Shown here one piece after another: positions 50,354 to 64,000 of a stretch of 64,000 bases of DNA. A program made the translations under genes and the position numbers. Each line of letters starts with the position of its first letter. Within the stretch, counting starts at the first letter, position 1. The DNA comes from Leucoraja erinacea (Eukaryota), in assembly GCF_028641065.1 (NCBI RefSeq), contig NC_073380.1, positions 81,282,001-81,346,000 of the forward strand, in the 5' to 3' direction. The notes under the pieces were generated by a model. That model was not told where the DNA came from and did no database searches. It saw only the letters and a program-made list of their open reading frames with translations.

Positions 50354-50757
50354 TAGACAATAGACAATAGGTGCAGGAGTGGGCCATTCAGCCCTTCGAG
50401 CCAGCAGCGCCATTCAATGTGATCATGGCTGATCATCCCCAATCAGTACCCCGTTCTTGCCTTCTCCCAATATCTCCTGACTCCACTATCTTTAAGAGCC
50501 CTATCTAGCTCTCTCTTGAAAGCATCCAGAGATGCAGCCTTCACCACCCTCCGAGGCAGAGAATTCCACAGACTCACAACTCTCTGTGTGAAAAAACGTC
50601 TCCTCATCTCCGTTCCAAATGGCTTAACCCTTCCTCTTAAACCCTTATTTTTGTGGCCCCTGGCTCTGGACTCCCCAACATCGGGAACATGTTTCCTGCC
50701 TCTGGTATGTCCAAACTCTTTATAATCTTATATGTTTCAATAAGATCCCCTCTCATC
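50354..50757 (-). mobile_element. CR1 3' fragment
   Basis: MRGDLIETYKIIKSL plus a (TATTGTC)n tail. Confidence 0.85.
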
Positions 50758-51341
50758 CATTGCATGAACTGGGGTGAAAATAGAATATTCTGCAAAGAAA
50801 GACAGAAAATGCTGGAAATATTCACTGTCAGGTTGTATCAGGTTGTTTGCTGAAGACTCTTCATCTAGAAACACTAGCTCTGTTTCTCTTCCCACAGAAG
50901 TGGCCTGAGACACTAAGTACTTTCAGCATTTTCTATTTTCTATGTTATATTTCCAGCATCTGCAGTTTTCATGATTTTCACATTCTAGACACACTTGTGT
51001 AGCAAGCATCTTTTTACAAGAGGAGTTAATGGTTTGGATCCAAGAGTTTTTGTCCGGAATGGTGTCAAGTCCATGCACATATTTACTAAGAAATGGAAAA
51101 AGGTCATTTGGCCCATTGGCTTCATACCAATTGTCTGATTCCCATTTTACAGCAGCCAATTAACTTTGCAGCACGACTTGGGGATGTAGGAAGGACTCAA
51201 TTAGTTCAAGCCTGGTTGCGACTGTTAAAGATAGCTTAATTTTTTTTTAAAAAACATAGTTGAATGCAAATTGTAACAATGTGTAACTGGTTCAAAGTGT
51301 AACAAATCACTGAGGAAATACATTAATTCTGTTTCATTCAG

Positions 51342-51457
51342 ATCGACTGTATGCAGTGACATGGGCTTTGGCCAACAAGATAGACAAAATATCCATGTGA
51401 AAACTGAATCAGCTTCCTCAGGTGGTCGATACGATTCCTTCTGCATTAAAGACCAAG
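51342..51457 (+). CDS. SUSD5: SUSD5 coding exon 3 (Link domain, second half)
   Basis: TTCAG acceptor and GTTAGC donor, 116 nt: STVCSDMGFGQQDRQNIHVKTESASSGGRYDSFCIKDQG. Phases fit exons 2 and 4. Confidence 0.9.
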
Positions 51458-53074
51458 GTTAGCGTTGTATTTAACGTGGGAACAACCTCTAGTGCTTCTG
51501 GAGTTGTTTCAAACCATATATTTTAATGAAAAGGATTTACAAATGAATATCTTTGATGAGTGTGTTTATATTGAAATGGACAGAGGTAATAGAGAACATG
51601 AAAAGCAAGTTTAGGTTGTTCTGAGCAATGCTGGGAGCACAGAACCTGTGTTGGATAGGATTTAGATAGAGCCTCAGTGTTTGCAAGGCTGATGAGTCTA
51701 GAACTGTTTAGAAATGAGTAAAAAATTGAGAGAAAATGTGCAGTTGGGATACTATACTGATGCTTCGTTATTTATTGGAAATGGTGAGAAAGGTCTAAAA
51801 ATAAAATTACATCAAGCAAAAAGTTTGCTATGAAATAAAGTAGGTCCTGCTTTTACTCTGAACATCTCATTGATAGCTAACCTGAGAATTGGGCTTTTGC
51901 TATGGAATGTACTGAGCCTCTCTGTGGATGCGGGACTAGGCCTCTGGAGGGGCAATTAGCTACAACGAGGCTTCAGGTGTGCAAACAGGCTGTTTTCACT
52001 TGCATTTAGGAGACTGGGTTCAATCACGGTTTTTCAATGCGCAAAGATTTGAAATGGCAGGTGCAGTCGGAACAATAGAGAAGGGAATATACAAGGTTTT
52101 GGATTGCAGCTGATTCAAGGATCATGAGAACTAGACAGAAAAATGGAGCTGAGGCCAGGATCAGATCAGCTATGATCTTACTGAGTAGAGGAGCAGTTTG
52201 AGGGGTTATTCAACTCAGTTTCTAACATTCTTGTTTATCACATCCATCTCAGTGTAATGTGCTGGGAGGGATTGAGAATGGGCTGCTGGTGTGAGGGGTT
52301 GGGGGAGTGGTGGGTATATCATAAGCTTAGAGCCAGGCTGCTTGGGAGTGAAATATGAATGCAATTGGCCACAGCAAGGCCTTTGGGCAGGTAGTTGACT
52401 GGGAGCTAGAAGAAGGAGCCACTGGGACCCATCTCAATGGAGGAGAAGTCCATGTCCACTCCACCATCTGCTGTGAAGTGAAGGAAAAGTAGAGGAATCT
52501 GCCCCTCACTCAGTATGGAGTTAGGCTGACCTCCTCTAATGCAGCAATGAGCGTCAAATGAAATTGGGTAAAGATCAGCTGTGACTTGGAGTGATCATGA
52601 GACTAGGAAGCAGAGGATAGCTGTAACCCTTATCTTCTTGGGGGAAAACTGGCAAAGCACACATGTGTGACTTTGTATTTGAGATAATGCCAGTTCATAC
52701 ATCTCACAATATAGTTTGAGAGCTGGACAATTAAGCATCAGTTTCAGGGGAAGCAGGGTTAATAAAAGCTAATTGTTCTGTTAACTGCCAGCAATGAAGT
52801 TGAAGCTGCAACATGAAGCTTTGGTGCTGATGTCATTTTACCACTAGACATGATGTCTGACACTGAAATCATTTTGCCACTAGAAAATATGTAATCAGCA
52901 GAATAACACTTTTGCTAAAAAACATGAGAAGATAAATTTCCTGACACTTGGACGTGGATAGAAGCAGAAGCCCTTAGAATATTGTGTACAGTTCTGATTG
53001 CCACAGCACAGAAAGGAGGCACTAACTGCACTGCAAACCTAAAACATCATGTCTTTGTAAAGGTTTGCAAAGAA

Positions 53075-53896
53075 AGATGGCAGATGGAGTTTAATGCTGA
53101 TAAGTGTGAGGTGCTTCATCTTGGCAGGACAAATCAAAATAGGACGTACATGGTAAATGGTAGGGAATTGAAGAATGTAGGTGAACAGAGGGATCTGGGA
53201 ATAACTGTGCACAGTTCCCTGAAAGTGGAATCTCATGTAGATAGGGTGGTAAAGAAAGCTTTTGGTGTGCTGGCCTTTATAAATCAGAGCATTGAGTATA
53301 GAAGTTGGGATGTAATGTTAAAATTGTACAAGGCATTGGTGAGGCCAATTCTGGAGTATGGTGTACAATTTTGGTCGCCTAATTATAGGAAGGATGTCAA
53401 CAAAATAGAGAGAGTACAGAGGAGATTTACTAGAATGTTGCCTGGGTTTCAGCAACTAAGTTACAGAGAAAGGTTGAACAAGTTAGGGCTTTATTCTTTG
53501 GAGCGCAGAAGGTTAAGGGGGGACTTGATAGAGGTTTTTAAAATGATGAGAGGGATAGACAGAGTTGACGTGGAAAAGCTTTTCCCACTGAGAGTAGGGA
53601 AGATTCAAACAAGGGGACATGACTTGAGAATTAAGGGACTGAAGTTTAGGGGTAACATGAGGGGGAACTTCTTTACTCAGAGAGTGGTAGCTGTGTGGAA
53701 TGAGCTTCCAGTGAAGGTGGTGGAGGCAGGTTCGCTTTTATCATTTAAAAATAAAGTGGATAGTTATATGGATGGGAAGAGAATGGAGGGTTATGGTCTG
53801 AGCGCAGGTATATGGGACTAGGGGAGATTATGTGTTCGGCACGGACTAGAAGGGTCGAGATGGCCTGTTTCCGTGCTGTAATTGTTATATGGTTAT
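53075..53896 (+). mobile_element. Young 5'-truncated CR1 in SUSD5 intron 3
   Basis: About 250 uninterrupted codons WQMEFNADKCEV...FFTQRVVAVWNELP...GIWD*, with an intact 3' tail. Confidence 0.92.
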
Positions 53897-54162
53897 TTCA
53901 TTCAAGGTCAAATTATTTATAATCCTTTGTATGACTTCCCTGTGCAGTGTTTAATTCACTGTTACTTACTTCACTGTTTAATTGAGATATCTGAGACTCT
54001 GACATGCATTTACCATTTAGTAGGGAACAGCATGACTGACGTTCTTAACCACTGATAAAACTATAGGGTATGGACCAGTCACTAATTTGAGGTGTTGAAG
54101 CACCATAATAGATAACATTCCCAAAGACGGGTGGGTAAAATCTGAGGATGGGACAAAAGTGA

Positions 54163-54525
<363 letters not shown>

Positions 54526-54549
54526 TAGTATGGTGTAACAGTTTCTCAC

Positions 54550-54840
54550 GGTGTATCATCATGGTTCACACCATGCCAGTGAGTATCCCGGTTTATTCAC
54601 CCAGATATCACCCTGTCACCATATATTGTCAGATATCAACTTGTTCCAGTGGATTACAAAATATCACCATGTCACTGTGTATTATTACCAACTATCACAT
54701 GTCACGCTGTCTTATCAGATATTCCATCATTGTATATTACCATATATTACATGTCCCAGTGTATCAGCAGATATCACCATGCCACGTGTATCAGCAGATA
54801 TCACCATGTCATGGTATATCTACCAGATATTATCATGTAC
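54550..54840. repeat. Degenerate ~28-30 bp tandem repeat in SUSD5 intron 4
   Basis: Recurring CAGATATCACCATGTCA..GTGTAT units. Confidence 0.75.
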
Positions 54841-55234
54841 AGGAGTGAACCAAGTTTCAATTCATCGGTTTTTGCTGAAAGATCGTGGATCAGAACTATT
54901 AACCCTGCTTCACAGATGCTGCCTGATTTGCTGATTAGTTTTGTTATTCCTTTTTTTTTGATATTGGTGCCTGACTTCAATTTCTGGTGATCCATGATCC
55001 TTGGCCCTACCAAGATCAGGTGGATCTGCAGAGGCTGACCAGAAAGTGAGGACCAGGTCAGTACCAGTGAGACTGTGACACCCCTTGCCAGAGTAAGTTA
55101 TTTTTTGTTGGAGCACACTCTGTAACTCTGATGGCCAGGGTATGAGTCCAGAGCAGGGAAGACCAGCAGCAGCCCGGTACCTTTACTGACCCTCTGAACT
55201 CACCAGTTCCAGTAAGTTAGTGTTGCCTGTACAG

Positions 55235-55505
55235 TGGTGGCGCAGTGGTAGAGTTGCTGCCTTACATTGCCAGAGTCCTAAACTTGATCCTGACTACAGG
55301 TGCTGTCTGTACGAAGTTTGTATGTTACCCCGGGTGCTCCGGTTTCTTCCCACACTGCAAAGACGTACAGGTTTGTAGGTTAATTGGCTTTGTTAAAGAT
55401 TGTAAATTGTTCCTAGTGTGTAGGATAGTGCTAGTTTACGAGTATCATTGATCGGCACGGACTCGGTGGGCCGAAGGGCCTATTTCTGTGCTGTATCTCT
55501 AAACA
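55235..55505 (+). mobile_element. V-SINE / HE1-like SINE (other copies ~23605-23755 + 24727-24850, 25085-25195, 30430-30600, 35125-35310, 49060-49420, 55835-56035)
   Basis: Same A/B boxes, central domain and tail as 60942-61247. Confidence 0.8.
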
Positions 55506-56135
55506 AGAAAAATGATGTGGAGAACAATGGATGTAGTTAGTATCTGAGGGAGCATGGGTGGAGCCTGACATTGGTTCAGTAATATTTGGAGTCAAGTGGT
55601 GATGGGTGGAGTGGAGTAATTGGATGGGAGATGTGGGATGGAGGTGCAGGTATGGAGAGGTTAGGGTCTTTGACAAGGGGCATGGGCCTGTTCTGATTAC
55701 CAGTGGAGGAAAAACTCAAACACTGCAAATTCTCTCTCTCCTCAGTAATCCAAGCCCCATTCAAATTTCAGTGACCACTGGGTTGAGGATTGCTAGTTGC
55801 AGCTGTGGGAAGCAATTGGGTGACTTTGGGTGCAGTCTGCACTGAGTTTGTCGGTTCTCCCTGAGCCTGTGTGAGTTTTCTCCGGGAGCTCTGGCTTGTT
55901 ACCACATTCCATTTGTAGGTTAATTGGCTTCTGTAAATTGTCCCGAGTAGGATAGAAGTTGTATTTGGGTGACCACTTGTCTGCGTCGACTTAGTAAGAT
56001 GAAGGGCCTATTTCCACACTTAATCGCTAAACTAACTACCTGTAATTTGTTAACCTTCCACATTCCATAAAAAACTGTTTTCAATCACGAAATGTTCAAT
56101 GCAATGTTCAATCGAGGAAGTTGCTTGTTTTCCAG

Positions 56136-57343
56136 ACGAAGCTGAGGGCCATATTGACTATGAAGACAAGTTCTCCAATGAAGACTCCCTATCATTTTCA
56201 GACCCTGCTGAGGAGCAAGGAAAAGAAGAAGTGAAAGCTCCAGATGATGGATTAGATGAGACGGCTGATGGCTCTATAGGAGAAGGCAGCAGAGAAACCA
56301 TGCGCCCAAATGAGTCCCCGGTCTCTTTACTCAGTCAGAAGCAACTGTTTTGGTTCCCCTCAGAAGCATTCCCTGGTGTTGAGCAGCTCAACCTCAGGAA
56401 AGCAGATGTGGAGTCAAAAATGTTAACCCCTGCAAGCAATAATCAAATTGCAGTGAAGACTGAAGACGAAGGAGAGCGAACAGGGCAAGGTGAAGAGGTG
56501 CCCATTGGACCTTCCATTGTGCAGAATGAGACTAAAGTTACCAAGGAAACCATTGCTGGGACAAACAAGTCTTGGGTGGATGGTTACCCTGGTGTATCAG
56601 ACACGGTGGAAGAGAAGATTGATGGGTCCATGGAAGCACAAGTGGAAGCTCCCGACACCACAGACCATGTAAACCAGGTGGAGATCAGCAGGACAGGCAC
56701 ACCAAGCAGCACTTTGGCCAATCATCACACTCAGCCCATGACCGCACCAACTGGGCTGCCAGTTATAGACAGTAAACAAGTGGATATTGTGCAGACGTTG
56801 GCCCCTGAAGATGCCAGTGTCAGTAGAGGTGCTGAGCTCGACACAACAACTTCACTGGGCACATTGTCCAAAATGCCATGGAAATCCTCTGATGTACTTA
56901 CCGAACCCTCGCTGCCTCCCACAGACACTGGAGAAACAGTCAGTGAAGGGCTCTACCCTGCAGAGCAAGCCCCAGTGTCCACAGCAGTGGCTGGGCTTAC
57001 AACTCACTACACTGCAGTCACGGCTGAAGCAAGTGCTCAGACTTTGATAGATTTGTCAGACCTCGACATGTTTGATGACTTCACCAAAAGGGGGACCTTC
57101 AGTGATGGGTTTGAGGCCAAGCTGCTGCCGACAGTCAGGAGTTGCCGAGGCCAGGAGTGTTCCAGCTCCAACCATGGCCCCATGATAGCCACCATTGTTA
57201 CAGTGGTCAGTCTGCTGAGCCTGGCTGTAATCCTGGCCGCCTGGTGTTATAAACACAGGCACCAGAAGACATCTGTGTATGAGCTGAATGGAAAGGGACA
57301 CATGAGATGCGGTGAGCGCATTGAAATGCAGCAGAGAGTGTAA
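56136..57343 (+). CDS. SUSD5: SUSD5 last coding exon (acidic/Ser-Thr stalk, transmembrane helix, cytoplasmic tail)
   Basis: TTCCAG acceptor, then DEAEGHIDYED...QKQLFWFPSEAF..., TM MIATIVTVVSLLSLAVILAAWCY, tail ..TSVYELN..IEMQQRV*. The five exons total 1770 nt = 589 aa plus stop, in frame. Confidence 0.95.
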
Positions 57344-58342
57344 GTGGAGGTCTGCTCGTGGAGGGAGGATCGACAGCCGCAGACACATTCACAGCCGGCA
57401 TCTCGCATTGCAACATTGCACAAATTGACTTATTTCTAAAGGTGCTTTAAATAATCAATGTTACATGGAAGTATAATTGAAATATGTGAACGCTGATCAG
57501 TCAAACATACACTGCAACTGGAGAGGTCAAGTGGTGGACCCTCTCTCTCTCTCTCTCTGTAGAGGTACCCTCACTGGGTTCAGTGTTGGGGGTGCTAGGT
57601 ATCAGCTCAGACACCCATGTAGGAATCTGGTAAAAGGGAGGGTGCAGGAGGGATAAACCTAAAGTGGCCACTGCCAGGAACATGGAACAAAATGTAAATA
57701 TTTCTATTGATGTTCTGCCAACTTGCAATACCCCAATAACTATCAAGCTTTTCTTCTGAGAGCAAAGCAACATGACCCCTCACTGTCTCTGACAAACATA
57801 AGAGCAACATTAAGTGAATGTTTCCTTGCAGCAGTGCTAGCAAAGGTTTCATGCCACTATAATCCTGCCACACAAAGCATAGACTTTCCTGGAGTTTCCA
57901 GAATTTACTGCATTTTCATATACACCCAACTTTTATTCAAGGATATTGCACTGCTCTGAAGAATACCTTGAGGGACTGACTTTTTGTGCTATGAAATGTT
58001 GTCAGCTTACGTGAGGCAGCATATAGAGGTAAATAACGACAATCTTTACAGTAAGATAACATTTCTTTATTAGGTTTAAGGCACCAGCTTGGTTGTACAG
58101 GTTTTGAAACATCTTTAAAAAATTTGAACACTCAAGGGCTGTAGTGTATAAAGATTAATACTGTTACGTTTGTGTAATCATGAAAAGCAAGGTTTGCTGT
58201 AAAACACTGTGGTGCACTCTGTAGTGGCTGGGCTGACAAGCAGAGATTCAGGACTGCAATGGGGCAGAGAGTGAATTTATTCAAATTACAAATGAGTAAC
58301 CTTTGTTAAACCTTACCTGACAAACTGCTTTGAAATTTCAAA

Positions 58343-58571
58343 AATAAATCTGAGAAGTTAAATATATCCTGTCTTTCTTTGTTTGTTCAACCAGTTTAGT
58401 TTGTATGCAAAAAGGCAGCTTGTTACCCGGCGTCTACGTGGAAAGAATTTAAGAGGAACCTTTGTGGGATATTTTTGGTTGAAAATGACCAACAAAGTTT
58501 GCATTGTGATTCAAGTAACACACACCTTCTCATCATTTGCAATGGCATTTCATTTATATTTTCCTAATAAA
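58343..58571 (+). terminator. Candidate SUSD5 polyadenylation signals (AATAAA near 58343 and 58566)
   Basis: AATAAA hexamers in the AT-rich, repeat-free region 1.0-1.2 kb after the stop codon. The site actually used cannot be determined. Confidence 0.35.
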
Positions 58572-60941
58572 AACTATTTTAGAGCCATAAATATTGCAGA
58601 TTATGCAGGCTATCAAAGCAACAGTTGTTTTGTGAGAACCTCTGATCATTTATTAAGTGTAAAGAGTTGAAGGGAGTGCTTCACTGGGTTATTCAAACCA
58701 CAGGCCAATGTGTAAAAGGAATTGCTGTTTGAGGTATGGCTCACAACCAAACGTCCAGCCCGAGCAGCTGCAGTGAAAGATTGGTTGTGGGTTTTTCACA
58801 CTGACTTGCTAAAACGGCATCAAGGGTCTATGTTCAAACATTTAAAAATGAGTCAATGTTTTCTCTGGTATTGAGGCACTGTAGTTATTAGGAAACTGCA
58901 GCAGAGAATGAAACCAGTCAGGTTTAAACTCTTGCAATGGAACTATCACTGTACAGCAACTGATTTTCCAGCTATATCATTCTGTTATATCTAAAATATA
59001 TATATTTCAAACTTTGTCCAACTACTTGCAGTCACCTTCTCCTGCTGTTTGGTGTTTGCTAACATTCTGACAATCGACACAATTGCTCACTGCCTTCTAT
59101 TTTAACATTGGAGTATTGGCATTACTGTAAATGGTTTTTCATGGTGCTATTTCTCTGGTCTTGCTGGATGACAGATATAAGCAATCGATGACCAACATCA
59201 ATGTGTAGCATAAAGGAACAGCAGGTTTGCCTCATGTTAGAGCACCACATACAATGGGACTCAGGACAGTGCTCGATATGTGAAACCAGTTGATGTGTGC
59301 GGAAATACAACAGCGTGTAAGTTAAAGCTGTTGCAAGCAATCCCTGTAAGAAGCAGCATCAGACATCATCGGGACAAAGTAGGAATGAGATAAGAGGTCC
59401 CAGGGAGGAAAGGACTCTCCTGCCTTCAGCAGGCCACGAGGTTTGCACAGTGTCTGAAGGCCAGGGAAGGAGGGTGGGGAAGGGCGAGGAAGGCTATGGG
59501 AACACTGTCCTGCTGATTTCACCACTTCTAAAGCATCACTGGCTGTGTTTGAGCTTATGCACTGAAGGAGAAAGTAGCACGTGGTGGGATGCAAAGTGTG
59601 GAGGAAGAGGCATGTAGATGGAGAGGAGTTCTCGATTAGTAAGGATGTCAAGGGTTACAGGGAGAATGCAGGAGAATGGGGTTGAGAGGGGAAGATAGAT
59701 GAGACATGATTGAATGGCAGAATAGACTCGATGGGCCAAATAGCCTAAATTTGCTCCTATGTTTTGTGAACATGAGTGTTGTTGGCAATGGAAGGAGATG
59801 GAGTGTGGTGGAGGCGTGAGGGTGAGAAGGAGAGTGGGGTGGAGGAAGTTGGTAAACGATATGGTGTGAAGGGAGGGGATATTGTATTGTGGAAGGGGAT
59901 AGGGCGTGTTGGCAGGGTGGGATTTGTGTTAAAGAAGAAAGGCACATCTTTGAAAGAAAGTTTGGGGGATGTCAGTCAACACCAAAGAAATATTAAGGCA
60001 GTTAAAAAAAAAAAAGTTCTAGACATCAAGTAGAGTTTTGTAAATGTCATAGGAGCTGGACAAGGAACTTTCGTTTTTCCAGTTTTCCCAGCGCACCTAT
60101 CCTGCAGTTCTTGTTTTGTTGCTCACGTCAGCTGCCTGGAGCTTCCAGAAGGTCATCAATATATTCCAGTACTTCCCCCTGCAGCACAGACACACACTTG
60201 TTTAATTTAGGAACGCAACTATTCTAACTTTAAGAATATTTCCTCTAATTCCATCAAGCAGCAGGTTAGTCAGAGTTTGCGGGAAGAGTAATTTCAGAGC
60301 CCTCTATATTGTTTGCTGGCTATACTGATGAAGAAGGGGAAAAAAATGCGCTTGCCATACAGTTCTTTTCGTTCATCAGATGACTTGGCCATACCATGCT
60401 GGCTTGGGTTGGTGAGCTAATTACCTGCCCTGGTCTGTCTCAGAGTACAGTGATCCCCTAGGAAACCGGCAGCCCTCACCCCATTCACATCCCAGGGTTA
60501 CTTCTGCCAATGGATGTCCCTCCCACATTCTCATACGGTTAATAAATTGTAAAATAGCACTCACATTTAACCACCAAATGTGTACACATTCAGAAACACT
60601 AACGATTAAATATCCTTCAATCAATTAATTTAAATAAAGAAATAAAACTGCCACACACATTAATTTCTGACCACAGATGTCCCTTCCTATTGAAGTCATT
60701 GGTTTTGCTGGACTTTTACCAGGTTATTTAGACCCCCAGAAAGGTTAATAGAGCACATGTTCTCTGGGCATCTGTGTACCTATTTGGCCCCCATCCACCA
60801 ACCTCTTGTTCCTACAAGGGAGCGGGGTAAGCTTGGTCTACCCTTAGGAAATTGGGATGGGCAAGAGACTGAAATGTTGGTGGGTGAGACTTTTGGGTCC
60901 AGCAACCATAGTTTTATTAGCTTTAAAATAGTTTGGGATAA

Positions 60942-61247
60942 GGGCACACGGTGGTGCAGCGGGAGAGTTGCTGCTTACAGCACCAGAGACCTGGGTTCAA
61001 TCTCGACTACGGGCGCTGTCTGTACGGGATTTGTACGTTCTCCCCATGACCACGTGGGTTTTCTCCGAGATCCTCGATTTCCTCCCACACTCCAAAGACA
61101 TACAGGTTTGTAGGTTAATTGGCTTGGTGTATGTGTAAATTGTCCCTAGTGTGTGTAGGATAGTGTTAATGTGCGGGGATCGCTGGTTGGCACGCTCTTG
61201 GTGGGCCGAAGGCCTGTTTCGCGCTGTATCTCTGAACTAAACTAGAC
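60942..61247 (+). mobile_element. tRNA-derived SINE (V-SINE / HE1-like), full length
   Basis: A-box GGTGGTGCAGCGGG, B-box GGGTTCAATCT, central gtttgtacgttctcccc...cgtgggttttctcc domain, and a CR1-derived tail gggccgaaggcctgtttc. Confidence 0.85.
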
Positions 61248-61259
61248 TGGCTGTGCCCT

Positions 61260-63785
61260 AGTTCTGAATTGGGCAAAACCAACTTTGATGATATTAGACA
61301 GGAACTCGTTCAAGTTGATTGGTAGATAAGATGAAGGTGACTCCAAATATATTTTTTGTTCATTAAAAGAGAGTCACTAGAGATAAATAGGGTCCCCACG
61401 GAAACCAAAGCAGTCATTTATGTGTAGAGCCGCACAAGATGAGCAAGGTCCTCAATTAGTATTCTCTCCTCTGATGTTACTGTGGAGAAAGACATGAACA
61501 CTACGGAAAGTGACAGATAATGGAGATGCCATGAGGACAATCCATATTACGGTTAAGGAGGTGCTGGATGTCTTAAGAAAATCTCCCGGGCTTGATCTCA
61601 TATATCCAAGGACACTGTGGCAAATTAGCGAAGAACTTGCCATAGCCCTGGCTGAGATATATGATTCATCGTTAGACATGGGTGAGATGCTGGAGGATAC
61701 CTATTATTTTGCCTCTCTTTAAGAAGGGCTGCGAGGAAAAGTCTGGGAGCTATAGACCAGTGAGCCTAACATCTGTGATAGGTATGTTACTAGAGAGTAT
61801 TCTAGCATAAGATATATATTTTGTAGGTGGGAAATCATCTCATGAATTTTATTGAGTGTTTTGAAGAAGTAACCAAGAAGAATGACAAAGGCAAGTCCAG
61901 AGATGATGTCTATATGGACCAGCATGCCTTCGATAAGGTTCCACATGGTAGGCTGCCCTGGAATGTTAGGTTGCATGGGATCCATAGAGAGCTTGTTGCT
62001 TCGATACAGAATTGGCTTCAAGGAAGGAAGCAGAGGGTGTTGGAAGGTTGTTTTCAGAAAGGAAGCCTGTGACAAGTGTTATGCCTCAGGAATCAGTGCT
62101 GGGTCCATTACTGTTTGTAGTTTATATCAATGATTTAGATGAGAATGTGCAAGATACGGTTAGTAAGTTTGCAGATGACACTAAAGTAGGTGGTATATAT
62201 ATATTTAACAAAGATTGTTAACAAAAATTACAGCAGAATTTAGATCAACTGGCAAATGAGTTGAGGAATAGTAAATGGAGTTTAACACAAATAAATGTAA
62301 GGCGTTGAATTTTTGGAAGTGAAACCCAGACAGGACCTTCACAGTGAATGGCAGGGCCTTGGTGAGTGTTGTAGAGCATAGGTCTCGTAGTACAAGTACA
62401 TAATTCATTGAATGTGGAGTCACAGATGGATAACAGTGATAAAGAAGGTACCACTTTTGGCCTCAGTCAGTTAGGCTATTGAGTATAGGATGTGTAGTAA
62501 AGAACTGCAGATGCTGGTTTAAATCGAAGATAGACACATAATGCTGGAGTAACTCAGCGGTTCAGTCTGAAGAAGGGTCTCAACCCGAAAAGTTACCCAT
62601 TCTTTCTCTCCAGAGATGCTGCTTGTCCCGCTGAGCATGCTGCCTGTCCTGCCTACTCCAGCATTTTGTATCTACCTATTGAGTATAGGAGTTAGGATGT
62701 TATGTTACAGTTGTACAAGACATTGGCGAAGCTGCATCTGGTGTATTGTGTTCAGTTTTGGTCATGCTGCTAAAGGAAGCATGTTATTAAACTTGAAAGA
62801 GCGCAGAGAAGATTTATGAAGATATTGGCTGAGTACGAGTGCCTGAGCTACAGGGAGATTGGGAAGCTCTGACTTTATTCTTGGGAGCGCAGGCTAGGGG
62901 ATAATTTTATAGAAGTGTATAAAATCATGAGGGGAATTGATAAAGTGAATCCACAGAGTATTTTACCCAGAGTTGGGGAATCAAGAATCAAGGGACATAG
63001 GTTTAATTTTAAAAGGGGAAAGATTTAATAGGAACCTGAGGGACAACATTTTCATTCAGAGGGTGATGGGTATATGGAACCAGCTGCTACAGGTGATAGA
63101 TGAGACAGGTAAAATAACAAAATTTAAAAGACACATGGACAAGGGTATGGATAGTAAAGGTTTAGAGACATTTGGGAAAAATGGGGGCAAATGAAATGAG
63201 CTTAGATAGGTCGGAATGGATGGTTTCAGTAGAAGGGCCTGTTTCTGTGCTGTATGACTTGATGACTATGGAAAATGTGCAGAAATGTGCTGTGGGACAG
63301 TTGGACTTGTCTGCTTTCTTGTATATAGTCACAATGATGGGGTATGGAAGGTTCCCTGGCAAATCTTCCCCTTCCCAGATATTGAAGCTGAGGCTTTCCT
63401 ACATTTCACATTTAGTGGCTGTGTTGGAAGCATTTAATTACATTGAGAGAATTGAATTACAATTAAAATAGACTCATTGTAGACGCATTTGCACAGTTTT
63501 AAGAAATGCAGGGTTTAATTCCAAACACTGAAGTGTACAATGAGGATTCTGCACTCTGCTATATAATGTGAGATTTATATAGTTCCTAGATTACATCTAA
63601 TTGTAAATACAATAGTATGCACAGGCAGGGTTATGTTTCAATCAGACATTTGGACAGGTACATGGATAGTAAAGATTAACAAGGATATAGGCTGAACACA
63701 AGCAAATGGGACTAGCTCAGATGGGCATCTTGGTCGGCATGGACAAGCTTGGCCAAAGGGCCTGCTTTCATGCTTTTTAACTCTA
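61260..63785 (+). mobile_element. Degenerate CR1 fragments
   Basis: KSPGLDLIYPRTL, AFDKVPHGRL, PQESVLGPLLF..YINDLD and KFADDTKVGG. Confidence 0.8.
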
Positions 63786-64000
63786 TAGCTCACATACTCA
63801 AGATGCAGAAAGAGGTAAATATGATCTTGGGAAACTGAAGCCCGGTGGGAAATTGAAGCTATTGAACATACTCACCTGCCTCTTCCACTTAACCCTACAA
63901 TGTCTTGGTCAATATAGAATCTGGTTTTAAGCAAAGCTTCACGTTCATACATCTGCTGTCCTTCATGCACAGTCATTTTCTGAACAGTACGATGAACTCG

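Noticed and set aside
52982-53821. 279-aa ORF as a host gene or SUSD5 exon
   Set aside because: It is the C-terminus of CR1 ORF2, and the first ~30 aa are flanking read-through.

Overview
Eukaryotic, repeat-rich vertebrate DNA, most likely from a cartilaginous fish (skate/ray). That assignment is inferred from the V-SINE/HE1-like SINEs, abundant CR1 and Rex1 LINEs and Penelope-type short repeats. The left half holds the 5' end of a T-cell receptor gamma (TRG) locus on the minus strand, with three V segments, each with leader exon, ~80-bp intron, V exon and RSS. They lie at ~1.9-2.4 kb (frameshifted, in visibly noisy sequence and missed by the ORF track), ~17.1-17.5 kb and ~26.2-26.7 kb. No J or C segment is seen; these would lie left of base 1. 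A complete five-exon SUSD5 gene (43104-57343, + strand, 589 aa) is transcribed divergently from the V cluster. Between the genes are: a DIRS1-type tyrosine-recombinase retrotransposon (10071-14525) whose termini, internal complementary region and AAT crossover site can be fully reconstructed; two TIR elements with AT target duplications; many CR1, Rex1 and L2 fragments; tRNA-derived SINEs; and a family of short fold-back repeats carrying a hammerhead-ribozyme-like core. Most short ORFs in the track are repeat-derived or spurious. I found no convincing evidence of a wholly new biological system.
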